Shown: one piece after another, positions 35,175 to 44,819 of the stretch
Position numbering within the stretch: position 1 is the stretch's first letter
Layout: the number at the start of each line of letters is the position of its first letter
Source: Bacteroidales bacterium
Lineage (GTDB): Bacteria; Bacteroidota; Bacteroidia; Bacteroidales; JAAYJT01
Direction of reading: 5' to 3'
Assembly: GCA_014860575.1 (NCBI GenBank)
Contig: JACZJK010000035.1
Span: forward strand, 67,175 to 131,174
Length of the DNA: 64,000 bases
Position numbers and translations under genes: made by a program
The notes under the pieces: generated by a model
What the model saw: only the letters and a program-made list of their open reading frames with translations
Told to the model about the DNA's origin: nothing
The model's database searches: none

Positions 35175-35939
35175 ATGAACAAAACAGTACTGATCACAGG
35201 TGCAAGCAGTGGTATTGGCGAAGCTGCCGCTGGTATCTTTGCCAAAAACGGTTTTAAACTCATCATTACAGGCCGCCGCCACGACAAGCTTGAAAATCTT
35301 GCCGCCAACCTTCGAAAGCTATTCAATATTGAGGTGCTGACGCTTTGCTTTGATGTCAGAGACCATCATGCCTGCAATGTTGCTATCGGCAACCTTCCGG
35401 AAGAGTGGCGTAGCATTGATATCCTTATTAACAATGCTGGTCTTTCACTCGGACTCGATCCCATTCACGAAGGCGATATGGATGACTGGGAAACAATGAT
35501 TGATACCAACATCAAAGGACTTTTGTACATGACCCGGCAGATTGCTCCAGGCATGGTTGAACGCGGTAAAGGCCATATTATCAATATTGGCTCCATTGCC
35601 GGCAAAGAAGTGTATCTGAAAGGCAATGTTTATTGCGCAACCAAGCATGCCGTTGATGCGCTTACACAGGCTATGCGAATGGATTTGCTACCGCACGGTA
35701 TCAAGGTAACACAAGTTGCACCCGGTGCTGTGAACACAGAATTTTCAAAAGTGCGTTTTCATGGCGATCATGAACGTGCTGAACACGTTTACGACGGGTT
35801 CGAACCACTAAAGGCTGAAGACATAGCCGAGGTAATCTGGTTTGCAGCATCCCGCCCCGATCATGTGAACATCAATGATATTTTGGTGATGCCAACCGCT
35901 CAGGCCAGTGCATCGCAGATTTTCAGAAAAACAGAATAA
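35175..35939 (+). CDS. SDR-family NAD(P)-dependent oxidoreductase
   Basis: TGASSGIGEAAA cofactor motif, NNAG, and the catalytic YCATKHAV (YxxxK). Confidence 0.85.
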   Translation: MNKTVLITGASSGIGEAAAGIFAKNGFKLIITGRRHDKLENLAANLRKLFNIEVLTLCFDVRDHHACNVAIGNLPEEWRSIDILINNAGLSLGLDPIHEGDMDDWETMIDTNIKGLLYMTRQIAPGMVERGKGHIINIGSIAGKEVYLKGNVYCATKHAVDALTQAMRMDLLPHGIKVTQVAPGAVNTEFSKVRFHGDHERAEHVYDGFEPLKAEDIAEVIWFAASRPDHVNINDILVMPTAQASASQIFRKTE

Positions 35940-36000
35940 AGCAGAAATATAACCATCATTAACTGTTATGGGTATTGGATTTTCAGAAAAAATGGCTTTT

Positions 36001-36053
36001 GTTTAGAAAGTTTATAAGTGTAGAGGTTTAGGATGTTTAGACGGTTTAGAATA
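36001..36053. repeat. Intergenic degenerate 8-9 nt stutter repeat block
   Basis: gtttagaaa gtttataa gtgtagag gtttagga tgtttagac ggtttagaa. Confidence 0.8.
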
Positions 36054-36117
36054 AGCATCTAATTAGTAATCATCCTGTTCATCTTACCCGTTAGTCACAT
36101 TAACTAAAACAAACAAA

Positions 36118-37908
36118 ATGAGCACCAACGTCACCCGCATCTTTGACATCCTGCCCTGGATGAAGGAAAACTATTCTCACCGCGATTCCATGCTTGCAGG
36201 CAAGGAAGACGGAACATGGATCACCTACAATGTTAAACAGTACATTGAGCATTCTTATAATGTTGCTTACGGATTATTAGTCCTGGGCATCAAACCGGGC
36301 GATAAAATTGCTACCATTACCAACAACCGCCCCGAGTGGAATTTTCTGGATATGGGCATCATGATGGCCGGCGCTGTGCATGTTCCGGTGTATCCTACCA
36401 TCAGCGAATCGGATTACAAATACATTCTCACGCATGCCGAAGTGAAATACGTTTTTCTTGCAGGCAAGGACCTGCTCAGGAAAATAGAACATATTCTCCC
36501 TGAGGTTCCCACGCTGAAAGGGATTTACACTTTTAAAAAGCTCAATGAACATCCACATTTCCCTCAACTCCTTGAGCTGGGAAAGCACAATCCCGCTGCC
36601 GAAAAGATAGAAGCCATAAAAGCCGGCATCAACCCTAATGATGTGGCTACAATTATATACACATCAGGAACAACAGGGAACCCCAAAGGTGTGATGCTTT
36701 CACATAACAACATTATAAGCAACCTGATGTCGGTACGGCATATTCCGCCATTAACCGGCGAAGACAAAGCCTTGAGCTATTTGCCGCTATGCCATATCTA
36801 CGAGCGTATGATCAACTATGTGTGGCAATACGTGGGCGCAAGTATCTATTATGCTGAAAGCATGGCAACTATTGGTGACAATATGCGGGAAATTAAGCCT
36901 CAGCTTATGTCAACCGTGCCGCGCCTGCTTGAAAAAATCTTTGACCGGATTATGGCAACCGGCCGCAAGCTGAAAGGCATCAAGCGCATGTTCTTTTTCT
37001 GGGCAGTGAACCTCGGTTACCGATACGAACTCGACCGCGCCAATGGCTGGTTCTATCATCTGCAGTTAAGTATCGTTGATAAACTTGTTTTTTCGAAATG
37101 GAGGGCTGCTACCGGCGGAAATCTGAATGTGATGGTTTCCGGAGGTGCCGCCTTACAGCCCCGCTTGTCGAGGGTTTTCTGGGCTGCCGGTATATCGGTG
37201 CTTGAAGGCTATGGCTTAACCGAAACCTCACCTGTAATAGCCGTTGGCCATTTCGGTAAAAACGGCTTTAAGTTTGGAACCGTTGGACCACCGTTGGAAG
37301 GTGTTCAGGTCAAAATTGCCGAAGATGGCGAAATCCTTTGTAAAGGTCCCAACGTGATGCTTGGCTATTACAAAGAACCGGAAATGACCAGAGCATGTTT
37401 TGATGAAGAGGGTTGGTTCCGCACAGGCGATGCAGGCCTTATTGAACCACAGGGGCAGGTTCGGATTACAGGCCGGAAGAAAGCTATTTTTAAAACCTCG
37501 ATGGGAAAATACATCAACCCTGAACAGATGGAAAATACTTTCAAGGAATCATCTTTTATTGACAGTATCCTTGTGATTGGTGAGAACCAGAAGTTTGCTG
37601 CTGCTTTGGTAGTTCCCGACTTCGTCCACCTGAAATCATATTGCGCTATCAAAGGAATTCCGTATACCACCAATGAGGAAATGGTGTCCAATTCAACATT
37701 GCGGAAACGTTTTCAGGTTGAAATTGATAAATACAATGCCCGGTTTGGATCGCACGAGCAGATCAAACAATTTGTGCTGATCGGCAATGAATGGACGGTG
37801 GATAGTGGCGAACTAACGGCTTCCCTGAAAATGCGCCGGGGTTATATTATTGAAAAATACAGCGATCTGATCAATAAAATATTCAAGTGTTCGGGCACTA
37901 AAGAATAG
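36118..37908 (+). CDS. Long-chain fatty-acid--CoA ligase (AMP-forming), paralog 1
   Basis: IIYTSGTTGNPKGVMLSH (AMP-binding motif), GYGLTETSP, WFRTGDAG; 596 aa. Confidence 0.85.
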   Translation: MSTNVTRIFDILPWMKENYSHRDSMLAGKEDGTWITYNVKQYIEHSYNVAYGLLVLGIKPGDKIATITNNRPEWNFLDMGIMMAGAVHVPVYPTISESDYKYILTHAEVKYVFLAGKDLLRKIEHILPEVPTLKGIYTFKKLNEHPHFPQLLELGKHNPAAEKIEAIKAGINPNDVATIIYTSGTTGNPKGVMLSHNNIISNLMSVRHIPPLTGEDKALSYLPLCHIYERMINYVWQYVGASIYYAESMATIGDNMREIKPQLMSTVPRLLEKIFDRIMATGRKLKGIKRMFFFWAVNLGYRYELDRANGWFYHLQLSIVDKLVFSKWRAATGGNLNVMVSGGAALQPRLSRVFWAAGISVLEGYGLTETSPVIAVGHFGKNGFKFGTVGPPLEGVQVKIAEDGEILCKGPNVMLGYYKEPEMTRACFDEEGWFRTGDAGLIEPQGQVRITGRKKAIFKTSMGKYINPEQMENTFKESSFIDSILVIGENQKFAAALVVPDFVHLKSYCAIKGIPYTTNEEMVSNSTLRKRFQVEIDKYNARFGSHEQIKQFVLIGNEWTVDSGELTASLKMRRGYIIEKYSDLINKIFKCSGTKE

Positions 37909-37931
37909 TTGATTTCGAGCCGGGCTTTTCC

Positions 37932-37939
37932 TATCTTTG
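37932..37939 (+). promoter_or_regulatory. Candidate -7 promoter box (TATCTTTG) upstream of the second acyl-CoA ligase gene
   Basis: TAnnTTTG match 43 nt upstream of ATG 37982. Confidence 0.4.
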
Positions 37940-37981
37940 ACTTCTCTTTGAACCTCATCAAAGAGTCTTTGTCAGATTATT

Positions 37982-39760
37982 ATGGGTGCCATGACCCGCA
38001 TATTTGATTTGCTCGAACTCTACCGTGTAAAGTATGCTGCACGGGAAATTGTTTTTGCAGGAAAAGAAGCTGAAACCTGGCAAACCTTTTCTGCTGCTGA
38101 TTATTCGCGGATTTGTGATCAAGTAAGTGCAGCTTTGCTGGCACTTGACATGACGAAAGGCACCAAAGTGGCCACCATCATGAATAATTGCCCAGAATGG
38201 AATTTTCTTGATATGGGCCTGATGCAGATCGGGGCAGTGCAGGTTCCTATATATCCTACCATTTGCAACGATCATTTCGCTTATATTTTTGAACATGCCG
38301 ACATCGAATATGTATTTCTCTATGATGCTGGAATTTATGGCTGTGTGCAGGATGTTATCAGCAAATTTCCACAAATCAAAAATGTTTTTTCGATAAAGAA
38401 GGTGGATGGTCTTAAGCATTGGAAGGAATTCCTTGCACTGGGTAAAGACATAACCGATACTCATAAAATTCGTTCCATCAGCCAGCAAATACAACCCGAT
38501 GATTTGGCCACCATTATTTATACTTCAGGAACCACCGGAACCGGAAAAGGCGTCATGCTTTCGCATCGGAATTTTGTAAGCAATTTTATGGCCGCCCAGC
38601 AAATCCTTGCACCCAAAGGCGTGACAGTTACGTTGAGTTTTTTGCCTCTATGCCACGTATATGAACGCATGTTGAACTATGTTTATCAATATCTTGGGAT
38701 CCGAATTTATTATGCCGCAAACATGGATAACCTTGCCGAAACTATGCGTGAGGTCAGACCCGAAATAATCTGTGCAGTTCCAAGAATGCTTGAAAAAATT
38801 TTCGATCGAATCGTGGTTCGTGGTAGGGGCTTGAAACAACCCAGGCGTACTATGTTTTTCTGGGCTTTTAACCTTGCTGTGCGCTATCAGTTGTATGGCG
38901 CCAAAGGTTGGAATTATGAATTCAGACGTTATTTTGCTGATCTGCTCGCTTATCGCAAATGGCGGCAGGCTCTCGGAGGCCGATTGCGATATGTGGTTTG
39001 CGGTGGCGCCAGCCTGAGGCCCCGGATTGCCAAATTTTTCTGGGCTGCAGGCATACAGGTGGTTGAAGGGTATGGACTTACTGAAACTTCACCTGTTATT
39101 GCGGTGGGAACCTTTGAACCTGGCGGATTGAAATTTGGAACGGTCGGACCACCATTGGATGGAGTGGAGGTAAAAATCGCGGAAGACGGAGAAATTCTCT
39201 GTCGTGGCCCCAACGTCATGCTTGGGTACTATAAAGACGATGTCCTTACCCGCGAAGCCATTGATGATGAAGGTTGGTTTCACACCGGTGATGTCGGTAC
39301 GCTTGATGAAGGAAAATACGTTAAAATAACGGATCGGAAAAAAGAGATATTCAAAACTTCAGGTGGGAAGTACATTGCTCCCCAGGTGATTGAGAACCGG
39401 GTCAAAGAATCAGAATTCATTGAAAATATTATCGTAATCGGCGAAAACCGGCATTTCCCTGCGGCACTCATCGTTCCGGCATTTGAGCACCTGAAATCAT
39501 GGTGCGAAGTCAAGGGAATTGATTATCAAGATAGTGAGCAAATAGTTTTAAACCATCAGGTAATTGCCAGAATTGGAAAGGAAGTCGAAAAAGTCAATTA
39601 CTTTCTTGGAAAGACTGAACAGATCAAGCAATTCGGGTTAATCGGCCATGAATGGAAGGTTGAATCCGGCGAGCTTTCACCCACGTTAAAATTGCGGAGG
39701 AAATTTATTCTCAGAAAATATGCTGGTATGATTCATGATATTTACCATGGTCAGCGATAA
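37982..39760 (+). CDS. Long-chain fatty-acid--CoA ligase (AMP-forming), paralog 2
   Basis: IIYTSGTTGTGKGVMLSH, GYGLTETSP, WFHTGDVG. It is colinear with paralog 1 along the full length. ATG 37991 is an alternative start. Confidence 0.85.
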   Translation: MGAMTRIFDLLELYRVKYAAREIVFAGKEAETWQTFSAADYSRICDQVSAALLALDMTKGTKVATIMNNCPEWNFLDMGLMQIGAVQVPIYPTICNDHFAYIFEHADIEYVFLYDAGIYGCVQDVISKFPQIKNVFSIKKVDGLKHWKEFLALGKDITDTHKIRSISQQIQPDDLATIIYTSGTTGTGKGVMLSHRNFVSNFMAAQQILAPKGVTVTLSFLPLCHVYERMLNYVYQYLGIRIYYAANMDNLAETMREVRPEIICAVPRMLEKIFDRIVVRGRGLKQPRRTMFFWAFNLAVRYQLYGAKGWNYEFRRYFADLLAYRKWRQALGGRLRYVVCGGASLRPRIAKFFWAAGIQVVEGYGLTETSPVIAVGTFEPGGLKFGTVGPPLDGVEVKIAEDGEILCRGPNVMLGYYKDDVLTREAIDDEGWFHTGDVGTLDEGKYVKITDRKKEIFKTSGGKYIAPQVIENRVKESEFIENIIVIGENRHFPAALIVPAFEHLKSWCEVKGIDYQDSEQIVLNHQVIARIGKEVEKVNYFLGKTEQIKQFGLIGHEWKVESGELSPTLKLRRKFILRKYAGMIHDIYHGQR

Positions 39761-39822
39761 GTAGTAGATTCATCAGTATTTTGCCTCAAACGCTGTTCGG
39801 TAAAGCCAAAGATATTTTCACC

Positions 39823-40821
39823 CTAATGCAAAATCTTATAAATCATCTCCCGCATCAACTCGCCTTCTGTTGTTGATTCGTTGTTGATTCCTTTGGCGCG
39901 TATGTCGTATTCACGAAGAACAGAAATAATGTTCGAGAGCTTGTCGAAGCTAATGTTACGTGCAGCTTCCTGGTATTCTTTAACAACGAATGGATGAACC
40001 CCTAAAGCAGTTGCCGCATTCTGTTGCGATTTATCAGCGAGCTGGTGATAAATCAACAGTTTTATAAAATACTGGTAAAGGAAAGGAATTACCTTCAGCA
40101 ATGGATTTTCTTTGAGATTGGCAGAGAAATAATGAATGATCATATTCGCCTTCAGAATGTTCTTCTGGCCAATTGCCCTCTGGAGTTCAAATACATTATA
40201 ATCCTTGCTGATGCCAATGTTCTGCTCAATGAGTGCTTCATCAATTGCAACACCGGGTTTCAGGTTAATGAGCATTTTGTCGAGCTCATTCACGATTTTT
40301 CCCAGGTTAGTGCCAAGAAACTCGGTGAGTAAAATGCTAGCCTTTGGAGTAATGGAAGCAGATTTTCCTTTCAGATAAGCAGTGATCCAATCCGGGATTT
40401 TATTATCATAAATTTTAGGGGATTCAAAGAAAACGCCTTTTTCTTTAAGCTTCTTGGCTAGCTTGGTTCGCCCGTCAAATTTTTTGTATTTGTAAGAAAT
40501 GACAAGGATGGTACTATCGAGCGGTTTTTCAAGATATTGCTCAAGACCCTCAAAGTCTTCAATATCCTGTGCTTCGCGAACACTCACAACAAAATGACTT
40601 GCCATCATAGGATAGCGTTTGCAGTTGCTTACAATGGTTGGCACATTGGTGTCCCGCCCGTAAAGCACCAACTGATTGAATTCCCTCTCTCCTTCATTGA
40701 GGATATTTTCCTCGATGAAATCAGATATTGCATCAATGTAATAGGGTTCGTCACCTGTAAGAAAATATACAGGATGGTAGATTCGCTTCTTTAGGTTCGC
40801 GATGATATCGTTGTAATTCAT
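39823..40821 (-). CDS. holA: DNA polymerase III subunit delta
   Basis: N-terminus ..YHPVYFLTGDEPYYIDAISDFIEENIL and length 332 aa are typical of HolA. Confidence 0.8.
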   Translation of the reverse strand: MNYNDIIANLKKRIYHPVYFLTGDEPYYIDAISDFIEENILNEGEREFNQLVLYGRDTNVPTIVSNCKRYPMMASHFVVSVREAQDIEDFEGLEQYLEKPLDSTILVISYKYKKFDGRTKLAKKLKEKGVFFESPKIYDNKIPDWITAYLKGKSASITPKASILLTEFLGTNLGKIVNELDKMLINLKPGVAIDEALIEQNIGISKDYNVFELQRAIGQKNILKANMIIHYFSANLKENPLLKVIPFLYQYFIKLLIYHQLADKSQQNAATALGVHPFVVKEYQEAARNISFDKLSNIISVLREYDIRAKGINNESTTEGELMREMIYKILH

Positions 40822-40844
40822 TTACCCTTGTAATCTTAAACTGA

Positions 40845-41618
40845 TTAATCGAAGCGCAGGTGTTTCACGGTGAGGCCATCGTTGATAAGCTGGTGCAGTG
40901 AGTCAATGCCAATCCTGATATGATCTTCAACAAAAGTTTCTGACACCATTTTATCACTTGCCTCAGTTTTAATCCCCGATGAGATCATCGGTTGATCAGT
41001 AATCAGCAGCAAAGCGCCTGTTGGAATAGCATTGGCGAACCCAACCGAGAATAAAGTGGCAGTTTCCATATCCACTCCCATGCACCTGATGGATAAAAGA
41101 TAGTCCTTGAAATGTTCATCAAATTCCCATACCCGGCGGTTGGTTGTATAAATGGTGCCTGTCCAGTAATCCTTTTTATGATCCCTGATGGTAGTAGAAA
41201 CAGCTTTTTGCAGGCTGAAGGCAGGCAATGCCGGTACCTCGGGCGGAAAATAGTCATTGGAAGTTCCTTCGCCACGGATGGCGGCAATTGGCAGGATAAG
41301 ATCACCCAGTTGATGCTTGACTTTTATACCGCCGCATTTACCAAGGAACAAACATGCTTTTGGTTGAACCGCACTCAATAAATCCATAATCGTTGCAGCA
41401 TTGGCACTGCCCATTCCAAAGTTGATCATTGTGATCTGATCCGCTGTAGCGCTGGGCATTGGCCGTGTTGAGCCTTTTACCGACACATTGTTCCATTGTG
41501 CAAAAAGTTCCAGGTAACTGTTAAAGTTTGTAAGCAGAATGTATTGCCCGAATTCTTCGAGTGAGGTGCCCGTATAGCGCGGCAACCAGTTGTTTACGAT
41601 TTCCTGTTTTGTTTTCAT
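40845..41618 (-). CDS. amn: AMP nucleosidase (short Bacteroidota form, nucleoside phosphorylase fold)
   Basis: LPRYTGTSLEEFGQYILLTNFNSYLELFA, then PNP/UDP-type motifs (GKCGGI, GVDMETATLF). Confidence 0.75.
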   Translation of the reverse strand: MKTKQEIVNNWLPRYTGTSLEEFGQYILLTNFNSYLELFAQWNNVSVKGSTRPMPSATADQITMINFGMGSANAATIMDLLSAVQPKACLFLGKCGGIKVKHQLGDLILPIAAIRGEGTSNDYFPPEVPALPAFSLQKAVSTTIRDHKKDYWTGTIYTTNRRVWEFDEHFKDYLLSIRCMGVDMETATLFSVGFANAIPTGALLLITDQPMISSGIKTEASDKMVSETFVEDHIRIGIDSLHQLINDGLTVKHLRFD

Positions 41619-41712
41619 CTGATCGGCTTATTTATTTCCCGCAATGCCCGAAAGGCAAAAATAGGTGATTTAAAAAAACTATTTACTTTTATCTTTTTAT
41701 TAATAGGAATAA

Positions 41713-42174
41713 ATGGATCTTCCAACACTCAACCTTCCTGCGGTTACTTCCAGCATTCGAACAATTGATGGCTGCACCGAAATATTTGATCCGATCAGAA
41801 AAGTATTTGTTGTATTAACCCCTGAAGAATGGGTCAGGCAGCACTTTATCAATTACCTGGTTTCTGACAGACTCTTTCCGGCCGGATTGATAGCAATTGA
41901 AAAGCAGATCAGGGTGAACCGCATGAGCAAACGCTTCGATATTGTTGCCCATTTTCCAACCGGCCAGCCTGCCATGATTGTTGAATGTAAAGCTCCATCT
42001 GTAAAAATTAGCCTGGAAACATTTAACCAGGCCTTACGCTATAACCTTTCACTCAATATTCATTATTTGGCTCTTACAAACGGACTTACACACTTTTGCT
42101 TCAGGCTGAATTATAATGATAAAACCAGCCGGCAGTTGGATCATATTCCGAGTTACCAGGAAATTGTCGGCTAA
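41713..42174 (+). CDS. Stand-alone HsdR N-terminal (restriction-endonuclease-like) domain protein
   Basis: EEWVRQHFINYL .. RFDIVA .. MIVECKAP pattern (D..ExK-like core); 153 aa. Confidence 0.65.
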   Translation: MDLPTLNLPAVTSSIRTIDGCTEIFDPIRKVFVVLTPEEWVRQHFINYLVSDRLFPAGLIAIEKQIRVNRMSKRFDIVAHFPTGQPAMIVECKAPSVKISLETFNQALRYNLSLNIHYLALTNGLTHFCFRLNYNDKTSRQLDHIPSYQEIVG

Positions 42175-42180
42175 CATAGC

Positions 42181-42275
42181 AAAGACGCAAGTTCCAAGCC
42201 CCAAGCTCAAAATCCAAAATCGTCAATCCCTCGTCCCCCGCCCTCGTCCCATAAATACTCCCCGCTCTAAACTCT
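42181..42275. repeat. Intergenic degenerate heptamer stutter block
   Basis: caagttc caagccc caagctc aaaatc caaaatc gtcaatc cctcgtc ccccgc cctcgtc .. It contains AAGCTCAAAATCCAAA (42203-42218), identical to 34773-34788. Confidence 0.8.
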
Positions 42276-42325
42276 GCTTTAGCATATTGATTTTTTTGTA
42301 CTTTTACCCCCTACAAATCCTGTGT

Positions 42326-44104
42326 ATGACTTTAATTCACCCCGATGAGTTTGCCAAAGCATTATCACTTCAAAAGATAGGCTTAAAGTCTCTTGCAGTG
42401 CCATTGATGAAGTTGTTCAGGGTTCAGCGGTTGAATAAAATCTACCAGCGGTTCAGCCATTATAAAGGCCTTGAATTCCTGGATGTTTGTCTTGATGAGT
42501 TGCAGGTAACGTACGATGTTCCTGTCAACGATTTTAAAAATATTCCTCTTTCAGGGCCGGTTGTTTTTGTGGCAAACCATCCTTACGGAGGCCTTGACGG
42601 ATTATTACTTATAAGAATCATCGCAGGTATCCGCACCGATCTGAAGGTCATGGCAAATTATATTTTGAAGAATGTAAAACCACTTGAGGATTTTATATTG
42701 CCTGTTGATCCGTTTGAGAGAAAAGACAGTGCACAAAAGAGCATTATCGGAGTAAAAAGTTCACTCGATGTGCTTATGAAGGGCGGAAGCCTGGCTATTT
42801 TTCCGGCTGGAGAGGTATCATCTTTTCATTCCAATACAAAACGCATTACTGATAAAGCCTGGAACCCAATGATTGGAAAATTGGTTGCCAAATCGGGCGC
42901 TAAGGTTGTTCCATTATATTTTGGCGGTAGCAATAGCCTTCTCTTTAATTTGCTGGGCATGATCCACCCCAGGCTTCGTACCGCACGTCTGCCATCAGAA
43001 CTGCTTAACAAGAAACGGTTTGCGGTAAAAATCAGGATAGGAAAACCAATCTCTGCTGACGATATTGCTGAGTTTACTGACAATACCCAACTCATGCGGT
43101 TCTTAAGGGCCAAAACGTATGCATTGGCAACTTCGCTTGAGGTTAAGAAGCATTACTTTACAATTCCACTTCGTGCCAAGGCAACACCTGAGCAGATCAT
43201 TGCCCCCGTTGAACAATCATTGCTAGAAGAGGAAATCGCTAAAATACGAGTAAGTGATCTCATGATTGAATTTCAGGATTTTGAACTCTATTTATCAGAA
43301 TCAGTTGATATTCCAAATATCCTAAGAGAAATAGGGCGCTTGCGTGAAGTTACTTTCCGCGAAGTTGGCGAAGGAACCAACCGCGCCATTGATATTGATG
43401 AATACGATCTCTATTACCACCACCTTTTCATTTGGTCCAAATCAGAAAAGCGGCTCATTGGCGCATACAGGATTGGCAAAGGCAATGACCTTTTCAATAA
43501 ATACGGGGTCAAAGGCTTTTATATAAGCACGCTGTTCAACATTCACCGGAAAATGAATCCCATTCTACGTCAATCTGTAGAGCTTGGCCGTTCATTTATA
43601 ATAAAAGAATATCAACAAAAAGTATTTGTGCTGCTGCTTTTGTGGCGGGGAATACTTACCTTTATCCGGCGCAATCCCGAATACCGCTATCTGATTGGCC
43701 CGGTTAGCATCAGTAATCATTTTCTTAAAATATCAAAAGCTTTGCTTGTGCATTATATCAAAAAGAATTTTTACGACCACGAAATGGCAAATTATGTTTC
43801 GGCGAAAAAAGAATTCAAAGTGAGGCTTTCAAATTTGGATACTGAAATCCTGTTGATGCACGACAAATCGGTTTTTATGAAAAGCATTGATGATATTATT
43901 TCGGAACTTGAACCTGAAGGCTTCAAAACACCTGTGCTGCTAAAAAAATATCTTAAACAGAACGGGCGGATCATTGGGTTCAATATTGACCCAAAATTCA
44001 ATAATGCCCTCGACGGATTTATTGTTATGGACATACGCGATACCCCTGAAGAAACACTCCAGATGCTTGAGAAACAGGCTTCCGCTTCTGAGAGACCATG
44101 TTAA
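42326..44104 (+). CDS. Bifunctional acyltransferase, OlsF-like (LPLAT/PlsC-type O-acyltransferase + OlsB/GNAT-type N-acyltransferase), aminolipid synthesis
   Basis: The track ORF (42116) runs through the repeat block; the first plausible start is ATG 42326 (MTLIHPDEF). The N-terminal half has the HX4D motif NHPYGGLDG and FPAGEVS. The C-terminal half has RLREVTFREVGEGTNRAIDIDEYDLYYHHLFIW, typical of OlsB-like N-acyltransferases. Confidence 0.7.
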   Translation: MTLIHPDEFAKALSLQKIGLKSLAVPLMKLFRVQRLNKIYQRFSHYKGLEFLDVCLDELQVTYDVPVNDFKNIPLSGPVVFVANHPYGGLDGLLLIRIIAGIRTDLKVMANYILKNVKPLEDFILPVDPFERKDSAQKSIIGVKSSLDVLMKGGSLAIFPAGEVSSFHSNTKRITDKAWNPMIGKLVAKSGAKVVPLYFGGSNSLLFNLLGMIHPRLRTARLPSELLNKKRFAVKIRIGKPISADDIAEFTDNTQLMRFLRAKTYALATSLEVKKHYFTIPLRAKATPEQIIAPVEQSLLEEEIAKIRVSDLMIEFQDFELYLSESVDIPNILREIGRLREVTFREVGEGTNRAIDIDEYDLYYHHLFIWSKSEKRLIGAYRIGKGNDLFNKYGVKGFYISTLFNIHRKMNPILRQSVELGRSFIIKEYQQKVFVLLLLWRGILTFIRRNPEYRYLIGPVSISNHFLKISKALLVHYIKKNFYDHEMANYVSAKKEFKVRLSNLDTEILLMHDKSVFMKSIDDIISELEPEGFKTPVLLKKYLKQNGRIIGFNIDPKFNNALDGFIVMDIRDTPEETLQMLEKQASASERPC

Positions 44105-44177
44105 TTGCTGCTTACCAGTTCGTTACAATAGTCATGAATAAAAATCTGCAATTACGGATTGAATGAATAAAAAATTA

Positions 44178-44185
44178 TAAATTTG
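44178..44185 (+). promoter_or_regulatory. Candidate -7 promoter box (TAAATTTG)
   Basis: TAnnTTTG match 24 nt upstream of ATG 44209. Confidence 0.4.
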
Positions 44186-44208
44186 CGCGTACATTAAAAT
44201 CTGACATC

Positions 44209-44805
44209 ATGAACCGATTAATCTTCCGCATTGTATTAACATTGATAATCATTGTTCTTGGATACCTTATTATTGAAAGCATTATGAATCCCGTACGGTT
44301 TCAGAAAGAACTTGATCACCGTAAAGAAGTTGTCGTGGACAGGTTGAAGGACCTGAGGTCAATCCAGTTGACTTATCGCTCATTAAATAATGAATACGCT
44401 GGCAACTTTGATACATTGCTTCTTTTTTTAAAGAATACACAAATCCCGGTAGTAAAAATAGTTCCTGATCCCACCGATACAACTTTTACAAGAACCATCC
44501 GGGATACAATTAATTATATCCTTGCTGCCGATTCGCTCCTAAAAATGGCGAATTATCCTGTTGATTCTCTTCCCTACATTCCTTTTTCCGAAGGTAAGAA
44601 GTTTGAACTCAACGCAGGAAAGATTGACCGCGGAGGTGTGATGGTAAATGTGTTTGAAGCCAAAGCTCATTACAATACCTTTCTGCTTGGCATGAATGAT
44701 CAGTTACTTAGAAACCTTGCTTCATCAGAAACTCAGATTGGACGATACCCCGGGCTTAAATTAGGCTCTATGAACGACCCATCCACCGATGGTAACTGGG
44801 AATAA
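44209..44805 (+). CDS. Hypothetical N-terminally anchored protein
   Basis: 198-aa ORF with one N-terminal helix (IVLTLIIIVLGYLII). No motif recognised. It is tightly followed by the next two genes. Confidence 0.6.
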   Translation: MNRLIFRIVLTLIIIVLGYLIIESIMNPVRFQKELDHRKEVVVDRLKDLRSIQLTYRSLNNEYAGNFDTLLLFLKNTQIPVVKIVPDPTDTTFTRTIRDTINYILAADSLLKMANYPVDSLPYIPFSEGKKFELNAGKIDRGGVMVNVFEAKAHYNTFLLGMNDQLLRNLASSETQIGRYPGLKLGSMNDPSTDGNWE

Positions 44806-44819
44806 AGATGTAATAATCA

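Noticed and set aside
34763-36053. CRISPR array interpretation of the intergenic repeats
   Set aside because: The units are 7-9 nt with no unique spacers, and there is no cas gene in the window. The periodicity is far too short for CRISPR.
41713-42174. The HsdR N-terminal domain protein as evidence of a type I restriction-modification or other defence system
   Set aside because: There is no HsdM, HsdS, helicase or methyltransferase nearby. This stand-alone small domain sits in a housekeeping neighbourhood (amn, holA, lipid genes).
42116-42325. A 70-codon N-terminal extension of the OlsF-like ORF in the six-frame track
   Set aside because: It overlaps the end of the HsdR_N gene and reads straight through the stutter-repeat block (translation PSPKLKIQNRQSLVPRPRP is repeat-derived). 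ATG 42326 gives a sensible N-terminus.
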